Of a stretch of DNA of 64,000 nucleotides, positions 39,095 to 61,705 are shown piece after piece. The notes beneath the pieces were generated by a model. That model did no database searches. It was given only the letters and a program-made list of their open reading frames with translations, and had not been told where the DNA came from. The DNA is taken from assembly GCA_002269645.1 (NCBI GenBank), contig NIVC01000981.1, forward strand, positions 1 through 64,000, given 5' to 3'. How positions within the stretch are numbered: the first letter of the stretch is position 1; each line of letters starts with the position of its first letter. This stretch comes from Macrostomum lignano (lineage: Eukaryota). Made by a program: the position numbers and the translations under genes.

Positions 39095-39242
39095 TTGAGA
39101 GGAGAGAGAGAGAGGAGAGAGGGGAGAGAGGAGAGAGAGGGGAGAGAGGCGAGAGAGGGGAGAGAGGCGAGAGAGGGGAGAGAGGGGAGAAGAGGGGAGA
39201 GAGGCGAGAGAGGGGAGAGAGGGGAGAGAGGGGAGAGAGTAG
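39095..39242. repeat. GA-rich (GGGGAGAGA-like) low-complexity tract
   Basis: Direct. Confidence 0.9.
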
Positions 39243-40156
39243 AGATTGCAGGTTCTGGGAGACCGTAAAAAGGACACTGAGGAGCACAAATAGAAGACAG
39301 ATGAAGGTAAAGAGATAAGCAGAGGGGGATGGAGGCAACCAGTGCGGTGGAAAAGCTGGGGGATTTGCAGATAAAGTGGATGTATTTTCTCCAGCAATAA
39401 AGTGGATGTGATTTTCTCCAGCAATTCCCGTATTTCACGCCTAAGCCTCAGCTTCATTACATATATGGTCATTGGCCAATGAAGAATTATGCAGCTCAAT
39501 TGCTACCTAAATTTCCGTATTTCACGCCTAAACACTGAGCTCTCAAGCCGCAAGCGCCGTTCATGTCTTCGTCTCGACTTCCTCAGATTGCAATGGCGCC
39601 CGCAAAATCGTCGGGGCCGTGCTCTTCGACGCCGCGACTGTCGCACACGACGCTGCCGTCGCTTCCGACAGTCGCTGAGTCGTCGCCGCCGAGCTCCTAC
39701 CGTCGGCAAGCCAGCCACCACCTGCCGTTGCTCAGCGGCGGTTCAGCCGGTCTGGTTGCTACCAGCGGGGATGCCACAAGTGCAAACGGCGCCAATTCGA
39801 TTAGAAAATTCCTCACCTGGCCGGAGCTGCAGCTGTCCGTCACTCCGCAATCGACTGTCGAATCGCGTCTCCTTGGCAACAGCGATTGTCAACAATCGAT
39901 TACGAGATCTGTTAACAATTTGAGAGGCCCGCTGGGTCAGACTAAGCTGGAGGATCAGTCCCACCGGCACTCAGCTCCACTGCTCATGCCGCTCGAGTTC
40001 AAGATGGGCGAGAGTCGCAGGAAAGGCCCAGCCGCCGGAGGGGAGGCGATCAAAGATTCTGGAGCTCGTCACCAACTGGATCGAAATTGAATTTGATTGT
40101 AAACTGAATTTTTTTGTGATAAAAGATTGTTCGTTTTTATGGTTTGACTGTCTTGA

Positions 40157-40597
40157 CAATTTTTGTAAAGGTGTCATCTGTTAGACAGGACAGTGTCACA
40201 CACCTGTTAGACAGGACAGTGTCACACACCTGTTAGACAGGACAGTGTCACACACCTGTTAAACAGGATAGTGTCACACACCTGTTAGACAGGACAGTGT
40301 CACACACCTGTTAGACAACACAGTGTCACTTGTTAGACAGGATAGTATCACCTGTTAGACAGGAAAGTGTCACACGGCTGTTAGACAGGACAGTGTCACA
40401 CACCTGTTAGACAGGACAGTGTCACACACCTGTTAGACAGGACAGTGTCACACACCTGTTAGACAGGACAGTGTCACACACCTGTTAGACAGGAAAGTGT
40501 CACACACCTGTTAGACAGGACAGTGTGACACACCTGTTAGACAGGACAGTGTGACACACCTGTTAGACAGGACAGTGTGGCACACCTGTTAGACAGT
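40157..40597. repeat. 26-bp minisatellite (CACCTGTTAGACAGGACAGTGTCACA)n
   Basis: Direct. Confidence 0.96.
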
Positions 40598-40994
40598 AGA
40601 TATGGTGCCTTTATTTGCCTCTCTATTCTGCTTGCAACAATCAAAATTGAATTAATCTTTTAAATGTGATTAACCAGGATGAACACATGAATCTCCGTTC
40701 CACACGTGTTGACTGTCTCTCTGTGCACACTGCCGTCATTCTTCCAAATAATTATAGCATTCAGCATCCAGGATCTTTATCAAAAGTTATTTATAGACAC
40801 CACTGCTAAATGCCCTCATTCCTAGAATTCAGTTTATCATATCGCTTTGTCATTTCAATGCTTTTAAATTTGTTGCCTAGTTGTAAAATTATTTTTAAAC
40901 ATGAATAAAGGATGCACTCCTAAATTGTTATTGATTAATAATAACGTTTACTTGCATTTGAACACTCCTACATAACACCATGTCTTGATAGAGA

Positions 40995-41420
40995 ACACCG
41001 TTCGCTGCAAAACACCCTTCCTTCGCTGCATAACACCCTTCCTTCGCTGCATAACACCCTTCCTTCGCTGCATAACACCCTTCCTTCGCTGCATAACACC
41101 CTTACTTCGCTGCATAACACCCTTCCTTTGCTGCATATCACCCTTCCTTCGCTGCATAACACCCTTCCTTCGCTGCATAACACCCTTCCTTCGCTGCATA
41201 ACACCCTTACTTCGCTGCATAACACCCTTCCTTTGCTGCATATCACCCTTACTTCGCTGCATAACAACCTTCCTTTGCTGCATATCACCCTTCCTTCGCT
41301 GCATAACAACCTTCCTTTGCTGCATATCACCCTTCCTTCGCTGCATAACAACCTTCCTTCGCTGCATAACAACCTTCCTTCGCTGCATAACAACCTTCCT
41401 TCGCTGCATAACAGCCTCCT
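40995..41420. repeat. 21-bp minisatellite (CCCTTCCTTCGCTGCATAACA)n
   Basis: Direct. Confidence 0.96.
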
Positions 41421-41649
41421 TCCTTCACTCACTATATTTTTGCAACAGATTAAAGTCAGCTTTGCATTAAACTGATCGAACACTTTTGAAGATTTTTCAT
41501 ACAGAGATTGCTATTAATTAATCAATAAATCTTTTATCGTTTCTAGGACAGAACAGAAATCAACGTGTCAATAAACTGATTATTCCCTGATAGATTTGAT
41601 TTTATTAAATTTAATGCAAAATTTATTTTGATTCGAATTCCCCAAAGAT

Positions 41650-43262
41650 GAGCGAGGATTTCCCTGGTCGATCTGCAGGTAAGAGGGGATTTCCCTGATC
41701 GATCTGCAGGTGAGAGGGGATTTCCCTGATCGATCTGCAGGTGAGCGAGGATTTCCTCATCGATTTGCAGGTAAGATGGGATTTCCCGGATCAATATGCA
41801 GGTGGGAGGGGATTTTCCTGATTAATGTGCAAGTAAGAGGGGATTTCCCGGATCGATTTTCCTGAGAGAGGGGATGTCCCTAATCAATTTTCATGAGGGA
41901 TGGGATTTCCCTGATCGATTATCATGAGCTAGGAGATTTCCCTGATCGATGTGCAGGTGAGAGGGGATTTCCCTGATCGATCTGCAGGTGAGCGAGGATT
42001 TCCTCATCGATTTGCAGGTAAGATGGGATTTTCCTGATCAATGTGCAAGTGAGAGGGGATTTTCCTGATCAATGTGCAAGTGAGAGGGGATTTCCCGGAT
42101 CGATTTTCCTGAGAGAGGGGATGTCCCTAATCAATTTTCATGAGGGATGGGATTTCCCTGATCGATTATCATGAGCTAGGAGATTTCCCTGATCGATGTG
42201 CAGGTGAGAGGGGATTTCCCTGATCGATCTGCAGGTGAGCGAGGATTTCCTCATCGATTTGCAGGTAAGATGGGATTTTCCTGATCAATGTGCAAGTGAG
42301 AGGGGATTTTCCTGATCAATGTGCAAGTGAGAGGGGATTTCCCGGATCGATTTTCCTGAGAGAGGGGATGTCCCTAATCAATTTTCATGAGGGATGGGAT
42401 TTCCCTGATCGATTATCATGAGCTAGGAGATTTCCCTGATCGATGTGCAGGTGAGAGGGGATTTCCCTGATCGATGTGCAGGCGAGAGGGGATGTCCCTG
42501 ATCGATGTGCAGGTAAGAGGGGATTTCCCTGATCGATGTGCGGGTGGGAGGGGATTTACCTGATCAATGTGCAGGTGAGCGAGGATTTCCTCATCGATTT
42601 GCAGGTAAGATGGGATTTTCCTGATCAATGTGCAAGTGAGAGGGGATTTTCCTGATCAATGTGCAAGTGAGAGGGGATTTCCCTGATCGATTTTCATGAG
42701 AGAGGGGATTTCCCTGATCGATGTGCAGGCGAGAGGGGATGTCCCTGATCGATGTGCAGGTAAGAGGGGATTTCCCTGATCGATGTGCGGGTGGGAGGGG
42801 ATTTACCTGATCAATGTGCAGGTGGGAGGGGATTTCCCTGATCAATGTGAAAGTGAGAGGGGACTTCCCTGATAGATTATCATGAGAGAGGGGATGTCCC
42901 TGATCGATGTGCAGGTAAGAGGGGATTTCCCTGATCGATGTGCGGGTGGGAGGGGATTTACCTGATCAATGTGCAGGTGGGAGGGGATTTCCCTGATCAA
43001 TGTGAAAGTGAGAGGGGACTTCCCTGATAGATTATCATGAGAGAGGGGATTTCCCTGATCGATGTGCAGGTGAGAGGGGATTTCCTGATCAATTTGCAGG
43101 TGAGAGGGGATTTCCATGATCGATTATCATGAGAGAGGGGATTTCCTGATCAATTTGCAGGTGAGAGGGGATTTCCCTGATCGATTATCATGAGGGATGG
43201 GATTTCCCTGATCGATTATCATGAGCCAGGGCATTTCCCTGATCGATGTGCAGGTGAGAGGT
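41650..43262. repeat. 31-bp minisatellite (GAGGGGATTTCCCTGATCGATGTGCAGGTGA)n with a 247-bp higher-order repeat
   Basis: Variant GATCGATTTTCCTGAG recurs at 41851, 42098, 42345. Confidence 0.93.
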
Positions 43263-43455
43263 GAGAATATGAACGCACTACTTTTAGTAGAGCTCAAATA
43301 AAATACGCAAATAAAAAGCGCTGGAAACTGTCTTCGGAAAGTTGATAAACCTGCTTTTTCATTGAAAGCACGCCTGACTGACTGAGCACGTCAATTATAG
43401 TATTTTGTATTTACACGTAACAAAAAATTCACAGTGCACTCTTAGGCCAATTGAA

Positions 43456-45039
43456 TCAGTCAGTTCGCCATCTTAGCCAAGGCCAGTCTTTCAAGCAATG
43501 CAAAGCAGAAATCTTCAACCGTGCAGTCCGTCCCGCACCGCCCAGTGTGCTGGTTTGCTTCTCGAAGAGCCAGGAAAACAGCAATCGGATGCCATTATCG
43601 TAGCACATTGCAAGCAGGGGCACCGAGGGCCTGCCGCAGTCAAGCTTGCTGTCCATCCACCGACACGAAGCAGTAGAAATCCACCTGGGGCCTCGGTGGC
43701 GCCTGGTGAGCATCAGCGTGGTTTCAGTGTTGTCAAAGACGCCAATATTTGTCCGCAGACTGTCGAGACGGGCCAGCGCGAGCGGCTGCGGACAGCCAAT
43801 TCGGTAGATGACCAGCGTCAAATCCTCAGCCTCAGTCCTGTCCAAACGACTCAGCAGATACCAGAATGCGCTGCCTCGGTCAAATTCAGCTGCCAAGTTC
43901 TTCATATTCGGCAATAGTTTAGTCACGACGTTGTACTCTACGAAACTGGACGACTTTGTGAAGGTCGCCTCGGTATCTACAGCGACGTCTGCCAAGCGGA
44001 GAAGCAGAAGTTTGCCGCTAGATCGAGTCAGGTCCGCCTCTCTGGCTAGCAGAAAGCTGTCGCAGTGCCTTATCGTTGAGTTGACCAGCACAAGAGGTGG
44101 CGGAATTTCAATCCTTCGAACTATGTCAACTTTGCAGCAGTCGCAGCTGGCCAAAAATATAAATTTTCGAAGGCTATCATCGCTAACGTCATACGTGTAA
44201 TTGCTTTTCGAGTTGAAAAATGAAATCACGAAGTGCTGTTGTTGGTTGCTGTTTACGGGAGCCAGTTTCGCTGTAGGAATAGAAGGCCAGTAAGAGCGGT
44301 TATTGACATGGAGTTCCACAGTTGACACGGGTGACAGGATGACCGGCTCGTCGGCATTGTTTGGCAGATTGTACAGATCAAGCTGCCATTCTGTGCTGAG
44401 CAGAAGAAGCTGCGTATCTGTGCAGGATTGACACTTGCACGTGGCAACTGCACAGACTTCGGCGCCACAGGGTAGCACAATGAGGCACTGCGGTCTCAAA
44501 ATTCCTGACTCGGTTCTCGCAAGCGGTGCAACCATGTACACATTAAGTGAGTCATCGGGCACACGTCTTCTACTGTACATTTCATCTGGCTCATTCGATT
44601 TCTCTTCCGCAAATTTAAACAGCTTAGTCATCAAGTCTTTCGTCCGTGTGTACAAAGACTTCCAACCGTTCAAGATGTCCGACGGGACGTTTTCCAGCTC
44701 CACGGGTAGCAGACTGGTCCGGTGCCACGCTCTGTCCTCCAGATTCCGCAGAAAATCGTCTCTGCGCTGCGAACGGTGCATGAATTGGAGAAATTCGTTG
44801 ATATCCGTGCCGATGTCTCGCTTCCAGGATGTCACACCGACCTGCAGCAGCGCTGTCCACTCGCAGACTGTTCTCTCAGAGACGGTGCCGCTGCAGCTGT
44901 AGTCAAAGAAGCTCCAAACACTGAAATTGGTGCTGCTTTGCAGTCGCCATGAGTGGTACTTGGCAGAAGCCGCATCGAATGCCGTCACCTTGAGCCAACA
45001 GCCGTGAAAATTGCGTGAGCCGAGCTGTGTTGCGCAACT
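43456..45039 (-). CDS. Exon 2 (last) of F-box protein (~654 aa total), C-terminal substrate-binding region unassigned
   Basis: Acceptor TTTCCTGATCAG at 45040; in frame with the 510-aa ORF 43456-44988; open, coding-like composition. Confidence 0.8.
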   Translation of the reverse strand, partial: SCATQLGSRNFHGCWLKVTAFDAASAKYHSWRLQSSTNFSVWSFFDYSCSGTVSERTVCEWTALLQVGVTSWKRDIGTDINEFLQFMHRSQRRDDFLRNLEDRAWHRTSLLPVELENVPSDILNGWKSLYTRTKDLMTKLFKFAEEKSNEPDEMYSRRRVPDDSLNVYMVAPLARTESGILRPQCLIVLPCGAEVCAVATCKCQSCTDTQLLLLSTEWQLDLYNLPNNADEPVILSPVSTVELHVNNRSYWPSIPTAKLAPVNSNQQQHFVISFFNSKSNYTYDVSDDSLRKFIFLASCDCCKVDIVRRIEIPPPLVLVNSTIRHCDSFLLAREADLTRSSGKLLLLRLADVAVDTEATFTKSSSFVEYNVVTKLLPNMKNLAAEFDRGSAFWYLLSRLDRTEAEDLTLVIYRIGCPQPLALARLDSLRTNIGVFDNTETTLMLTRRHRGPRWISTASCRWMDSKLDCGRPSVPLLAMCYDNGIRLLFSWLFEKQTSTLGGAGRTARLKISALHCLKDWPWLRWRTD

Positions 45040-45106
45040 CTGATCAGGAAATGAAAAAAATTTTTACTGCACTGATTCCATGAAACACAACTATGTGCAG
45101 CATAAC

Positions 45107-45553
45107 TACTTCACACTGAACTCCAACTAGTTCACACTGAACTCCAACTAGTTCACACTGAACTCCAACTAGTTCACACTGAACTTCAACTAGTTCACAC
45201 TGAACTCCAACTAGTTCACACTGAACTCCAACTAGTTCACACTGAACTCCAACTAGTTCATACTGAACTCCAACTAGTTCACAATCAACTTCAACTAGTT
45301 CACACGGAACTCCAACTAGTTCACAATGAACTCTAACTAGTTCACACTGAACTTCAACTAGTTCACACTAAACTCCAACTACTTCACACTGAACTTCAAC
45401 TAGTTCACACTGAACTCCAACTAGTTCACAATGAACTTCAATTAGTTCACACTGAACTTCAATTAGTTCACACTGAACTCCAACTAGTTCACAATGAACT
45501 TCAACTAGTTCACACTGAACTCCAACTAGTTCACACTGAACTCCAACTAGTTC
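45107..45553. repeat. 21-bp minisatellite (ACTGAACTCCAACTAGTTCAC)n filling the F-box gene intron
   Basis: Direct. Confidence 0.96.
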
Positions 45554-45583
45554 ATGCTAAAGAGCTGAGCAGCAGAGACTCAC

Positions 45584-45964
45584 AACATTAACCAGCTGTA
45601 AATCATTCAGAGATGGACGAAACTTGTCTTTCAGCTTGTCATCAACAACGGTGGGGCAAAGGTCGTAGCCAAGCCAGTTGTTTCTTTCAGTCAGCAATAG
45701 GCGAATTCTGGCCAACTTGCCAGCGCCTTCCTGGGCATCGGAGGCTCCACTGCTGTGCGCAACTCCAATCCGACGAGCCAGACCGCTCCACAGACCGTCG
45801 AGACCGTCAACAGAGTCGCGCCATTGGCTGTTCACCAGGCGACAAGTGGCTAGAACATCTGGCTCAAGTAGTTCGAGAATTCTGGCTTCCAGTGCAGCTG
45901 ACAGAGGTCTGCAGAATAGCTGCTTCTGAACTGACTGTGAGTTCATGACGTGAGCAGTGCTCAA
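45584..45964 (-). CDS. Exon 1 of F-box protein (F-box motif)
   Basis: LSAALEARILELLEPDVLATCRLVNSQWRDSVDGLDGLW is F-box-like; donor GTT|GTGAGT at 45583, phase 0; start could be 45964 or 45946. Confidence 0.78.
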
Positions 45965-46174
45965 GTCTAGATAAAATAAAAGTCAAACTTTAAGTTATTT
46001 TACGCTAGTCGTGACGATAGTCGTGCTCCCTGATTTTTCGCTTTGTTCATTGAAATTATTTCTTTGTCTTGTAAGCGTAAATCTGTGGTCAAAACTGCCG
46101 CTGTTATTGCAGTGTTTACAAGCAGTCGCACTGGTTGACTACGCAGTAGTGTGTTGCGAATTGAAATATTGGCT

Positions 46175-46654
<480 letters not shown>

Positions 46655-47504
46655 TATTCAATTCACTCCAGCTGCTATTTCAACTGTCTATGGCGCAGCG
46701 GTGAGGCTGAAAGAGCAAGACTCAAAATCAGAGCCAAAAATTACCGAGCTATCATGACACAAGGCCACTCTGTGTAGGCAGCATGCTCAGCAAAAGTGCC
46801 ACCTTCGACGTTGACAGATCAGCTGGCATTCTGACCGTCCTGATGCTGGCCAGCCTCGTCGCCTGGCTGCTGATGCACGCCGCGCTGCGCTGCGCGTCAA
46901 TCAGCTGGGCCGGCGATGGCGTCGATAAGGAGGACGACAATGACAAAGCCGAGGGTCCGCATGGAGACGGCATGGCAACGAACACGGAAGCCGAAGCCAA
47001 GAGAAGAAACTGAGGAGCCGTGTTGTATTCTAAGACACATCTACGCATATTATAAAAGTTTATTATCGTTTAGCACAATTTTAATTGGTTGCCTGTTGTT
47101 CCCAGCTGCGTGTGTGCAAATTAAAGTTAACGCTTTTTAATTGACGTTTTTGTTCATCCGAGTTTACCTACTACTCGTATATACTACTTAAGCTGACTAT
47201 AATTATTGGGGTTCTTGTTGCTATTGTAGAAAGTACATGACAGATTTTTACTACCATGAATCAGTTTCAGTTTGATGCAATAATTGTTTTATTAGTTAAA
47301 ATTTGCAACTTACTCTACTTCGTACTAGTAGTAAACATGTTAGAAAGTTACAAGTAAAAATATTAAATCACCTAAATAAGCACAATTATTTCTACCTCGA
47401 TGGTTTTACGACTTTTTTTCGACTACAACAAGAACATACATTTTAGTTATTCACTAAAGTACAGTTTATATGACCCTAATTTTACTTGATTTATTATTGA
47501 TTAC

Positions 47505-47790
47505 ACCTGCCCCAACTGGGCCAGGTGTGCAACCGACAGCTCAGCCGCAGCTATTGCGCGGCGCATCTGAAGGCTGCGTACGGCTGTTCAGTCCAAGGAC
47601 TGGGGGGTCGCCACACACCCTCAATTACCCCAGCTAATGCTGGCACCCATTTTACAGCTGGGTGAACTGAAGCAATGCAAAGTTAAGTGTCTTGCTCAAG
47701 GACACAAATTGTTCCAGTGAGATCGGGAATCGAACCAACAACCTTTAAGTCGTGAGTACGACGCTCTAACAACTAGGCTACAACCTCCAC
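47505..47790 (-). mobile_element. tRNA-derived SINE
   Basis: Minus strand: A-box TAGCCTAGTTG, B-box GGTTCGATTCC, then TGTGTCCTTGAGCAAGACACTTAAC...CAGTTCACCCAGCTGTAAAATGGGT, which resembles conserved central SINE domains (CORE/Meta/V type). Confidence 0.8.
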
Positions 47791-47804
47791 TGTGTTACAC
47801 CCAA

Positions 47805-48215
47805 TAGGCTACAACCCCCCACTAGGCTACAACCCCCCACTAGGCTACAACCCCCCACTAGGCTACAACCCCCCACTAGGCTACAACCCCCACTAGGCTA
47901 CAACCCCCACTAGGCTACAACCCCCCACTAGGCTACAACCCCCACTAGGCTACAACCCCCACTAGGCTACAACCCCCACTAGGCTACAACCCCCACTAGG
48001 CTACAACCCCCCACTAGGCTACAACCCCCACTAGGCTACAACCCCCCACTAGGCTACAACCCCCACTAGGCTACAACCCCCACTAGGCTACAACCCCCCA
48101 CTAGGCTACAACCCCCACTAGGCTACAACCCCCACTAGGCTACAACCCCCCACTAGGCTACAACCCCCACTAGGCTACAACCCCCCACTAGGCTACAACC
48201 CCCACTAGGCTACAA
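47805..48215. repeat. 17-18-bp minisatellite (CCCCACTAGGCTACAAC)n abutting the SINE 5' end
   Basis: Direct; unit matches the SINE head AACTAGGCTACAACCTCCAC. Confidence 0.95.
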
Positions 48216-48819
48216 AAGTTAGAATTATAGCAATAAACTACAATAAAAGAAATTACCATAAATGTCGTATAAATGCATTTTTACTCTACTAAGAGTAGTC
48301 TAAGTAGTAGTCGACATAAACGTTTTATCTTTTTCCTGCAAAATTCAAAATACGATCAGGGTTAAAAAGCTATTCACTGATTGGCTGGAAGGAGTCCAAG
48401 CTAAATTGGCGGTCTTTAAAAAGCGGTAAATTTTAATTGGCTGCGCATAATTGGATTCTACAAAAGCTGGAACTCTTGCGGCCTAAAAGACAGTTGCCAA
48501 CACAGAGCATTGGAGACAACAGTCATGCTAACAGACGGACAGACTTTTACAGCTTTATCGGTGCTGCTACCAGTTTTGTTGACTTTTTTGCTTTTAAAGT
48601 CAGACTGTGTGACTGCAGCGTCTCAGACTGTTCCACTGAGTGACAGCGAGGCAAGAACGGTCTGTACAGCTAAATGCTTGAAGACGTTCAAGTCTAAGGT
48701 GAGTAGCCCTGCTGTCTAGGCTATAGTTTTACCGAAACTGTGAGATTAACAGGGGCACATTATTAATTGTGCCTCATAAGTGCCAACGCCTCAGAGAGAG
48801 TGAAAATTTTCAGAGAGTG

Positions 48820-49775
48820 ACACACAGTATCGGGGAGAGTGATACATGAGTATCATGGAGGGTGACACATGAGTATCGAAGAGAGTGACACATGAGTATC
48901 GGAGAGAGTGACACATGAGTATCAGGTAGAGTGACACATGAGTATCAGAGAGAGTGACACATGAGTATCGTGGAGAGTGACACATGAGTATCGGGGAGAG
49001 TGACACATGAGCACGGGAGAGAGTGACACATGAGTATCGTGGAGAGTGACACACGAGTATCGGGCAGAGTGACACATGAGTATCGAGGAGAGTGACACAT
49101 GAGAACCGGAGAGAGTGACACATGAGTATCGGGGAGAGTGACACATGAGAATCAAAGAGAGTGACTCATGAGTATCGTGGAGAGTGACACACGAGTATCG
49201 GGCAGAGTGACACATGAGTATCGAGGAGAGTGACACATGAGAACCGGAGAGAGTGACACATGAGTATCGGGGAGAGTGACACATGAGTATCGGGGAGAGT
49301 GACACATGAGTAATGACACATGAGTTCCGGAGCGAGTGACACATGAATAGTGACACATGAGCTTCGGAGAGAGTGACACATACGTATCGGGGAGAGTGAC
49401 ATAAGTATCGGAGAGAGTGACACATGAGTATCGGAGAGAGTGACACATGAGTATCGGGGAGAGTGACACATGAGTATCGGGGAGAGTGACACATGAGTAA
49501 TGATACATGAGTTCCGGAGCGAGTGACACATGAATAGTGACACATGAGCTTCGGAGAGAGTGACACATACGTATCGGGGAGAGTGACATAAGTATCGGAG
49601 AGAGTGACACATGAGAATCAGGGAGAGTGATGCAGGAGTATTGGGGAGAGTGACACATGAGAATCAGGGAGAGTGATGCAGGAGTATTGGGGAGAGTGAC
49701 ACATGAGAATCAGGGAGAGTGATGCAGGAGTATTGGGGAGAGTGACACATGAGAATCAGGGAGAGTGATGCAGGA
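48820..49775. repeat. ~23-bp minisatellite (GAGAGTGACACATGAGTATCGGG)n
   Basis: Direct, diverged units. Confidence 0.95.
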
Positions 49776-50296
49776 GTCGTATCAGGGGACTATTTTCAAA
49801 TTGTTACAAAATCTTTTGCAGCTGTTACCCTCTGCCAGCTGGTTCAGTGTTTAAACAGTAGCTGAGTAAACAAGAAAATATGGAATTCCACCGAATACTG
49901 CAGTTCTAGTGACTAGTACTTACTCGAGTCTATTTAATGAAAAATGGCTCGACACCACAGAGAGACTCAAAGAGCAAATCAAACAATAGGAACGTGTCGG
50001 AATGCAAATTTGAGTGAATAAAAATATTTTTATACGAGCCAAGATAATCCGGGCAAGCAAAATTTCTATTTAAACAAATTTGTTAGTTTTGTCCTCCTGG
50101 TCTGGCTTATGATAGCCGCCTCTTTGATTTATGTGTGGTAGGCGTACTGTTTTACGAGTCCCTTTGTCGTGTCAGAAGTAACTGACAGACACAAAAAAAG
50201 ATGAACTTGTGACTTTGGACTATATAGGTAATCTGATTGCTGAATAAAATCCACTATACTAAAACGTTTTTAGCCAATCCCTGACATTGCTTAGTC

Positions 50297-51630
50297 TGAC
50301 ACTAGCGCCAGAATCTGACACTAGCACCAGAAATTGACACAAGCACCAGAATCTGACACTAGCACCAGAAATTGACACAAGCACCAGAATCTGATACTAG
50401 CACCCCAGAATCTGAAACTAGCACCATAATCCGACACAAGCACCAGAGTCTGACACAAGCACCAGAATCTGACACTAGCACCAGAATCTGACACTAGCAC
50501 CCCAGAATCTGACACAAGTACCAGAATCTGACACTAGCACCAGAATCTGACACTAGCACCAGAATCTGACACTAGCACCCCAGAATCTGACACTAGCACC
50601 AGAATCTGACACTAGCACCCCAGAATCTGACACTAGCACCAGAATCTGACACTAGCACCCCAGAATCTGACACAAGTACCAGAATCTGACACTAGCACCA
50701 GAATCTGACACTAGCACCAGAATCTGACACTAGCACCCCAGAATCTGACACTAGCACCAGAATCTGACACTAGCACCCCAGAATCTGACACAAGCACCAG
50801 AATCTGACACTAGCACCAGAATCTGACACTAGCACCAGAATCTGACACTAGCACCAGAATCTGACACTAGCACCAGAATCTGACACTAGCACCAGAATCT
50901 GACACTAGCACCCCAGAATCTGACACAAGCACCAGAATCTGACACTAGCACCAGAATCTGACACTAGCACCAGAATCTGACACTAGCACCCCAGAATCTG
51001 ACACAAGTACCAGAATCTGACACTAGCACCAGAATCTGACACTAGCACCAGAATCTGACACAAGCACCAGAATCTGACACTAGCACCAGAATCTGACACT
51101 AGCACCAGAATCTGACACAAGTACCAGAATCTGACACTAGCACCAGAATCTGACACTAGCACCCCAGAATCTGACACTAGCACCAGAATCTGACACTAGC
51201 ACCCCAGAATCTGACACTAGCACCAGAATCTGACACTAGCACCCCAGAATCTGACACTAGCACCAGAATCTGACACTAGCACCCCAGAATCTGACACTAG
51301 CACCAGAATCTGACACTAGCACCCCAGAATCTGACACTAGCACCAGAATCTGACACTAGCACCCCAGAATCTGACACAAGCACCAGAATCTGACACTAGC
51401 ACCAGAATCTGACACTAGCACCAGAATCTGACACTAGCACCAGAATCTGACACAAGCACCAGAATCTGACACTAGCACCAGAATCTGACACTAGCACCAG
51501 AATCTGACACAAGTACCAGAATCTGACACTAGCACCAGAATCTGACACTAGCACCCCAGAATCTGACACTAGCACCAGAATCTGACACTAGCACCCCAGA
51601 ATCTGACACTAGCACCAGAATCTGACACTA
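50297..51630. repeat. 19/21-bp minisatellite (CAGAATCTGACACTAGCAC[CC])n
   Basis: Direct. Confidence 0.97.
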
Positions 51631-52274
51631 TCACTAAGAGCTTCGCAGAAACAGAACAAAGTGTGGCCCCAATAAAGGCCCACACAACAGTGGATGCAGT
51701 ATAATGCCGTAATTTAGTACACAGCGCAGAATGCAGCCTCCATACACCAAACCGCTTACAACTGAAAAGGCGATTCAATTGCCAACCGTGACAAACATTT
51801 GTGGTCTAAACGCTTCGAAATTAATCGGCCAATGCAGTCCATCATAAAGATTGCAGCAGTGTACGATGCAGTCAATATGGCTGGTGCAGTCAAGAGACTT
51901 CGGAAAGCACTTCAAACACGGATTCCGTACAAAGCCCGATGTAAACAATGTTCCAACTTTTCTCCAGAATGTTTATATCGAATGCCAGCTTTAGTAGATA
52001 TTCCGCCGAAAAACACAATCCGTTTAAATCTTTGCGAAGATATTTTGTACCCAATACTTCTGACATAATTATGAGACACAGATTGTTCACTCAACTGATT
52101 CCCCCTTTAATACGCCAGGTAACTGGGAGAATTTCTGAAATTATTGCCGCTAATCCGGCCCTGATTAACCGGCAGTGCACTGAAGCGGCTGGCAATGCGA
52201 CACTGATGGACAGGCTGGCTGTAAACTACTGTCAGACTGTAAGTGCTGCTTTTTGGAATTGATGGGTTCAGTGT

Positions 52275-61705
<9,431 letters not shown>

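Noticed and set aside
47715-47790. tRNA gene
   Set aside because: A and B boxes are present, but no complete cloverleaf is evident and the sequence continues into a SINE body
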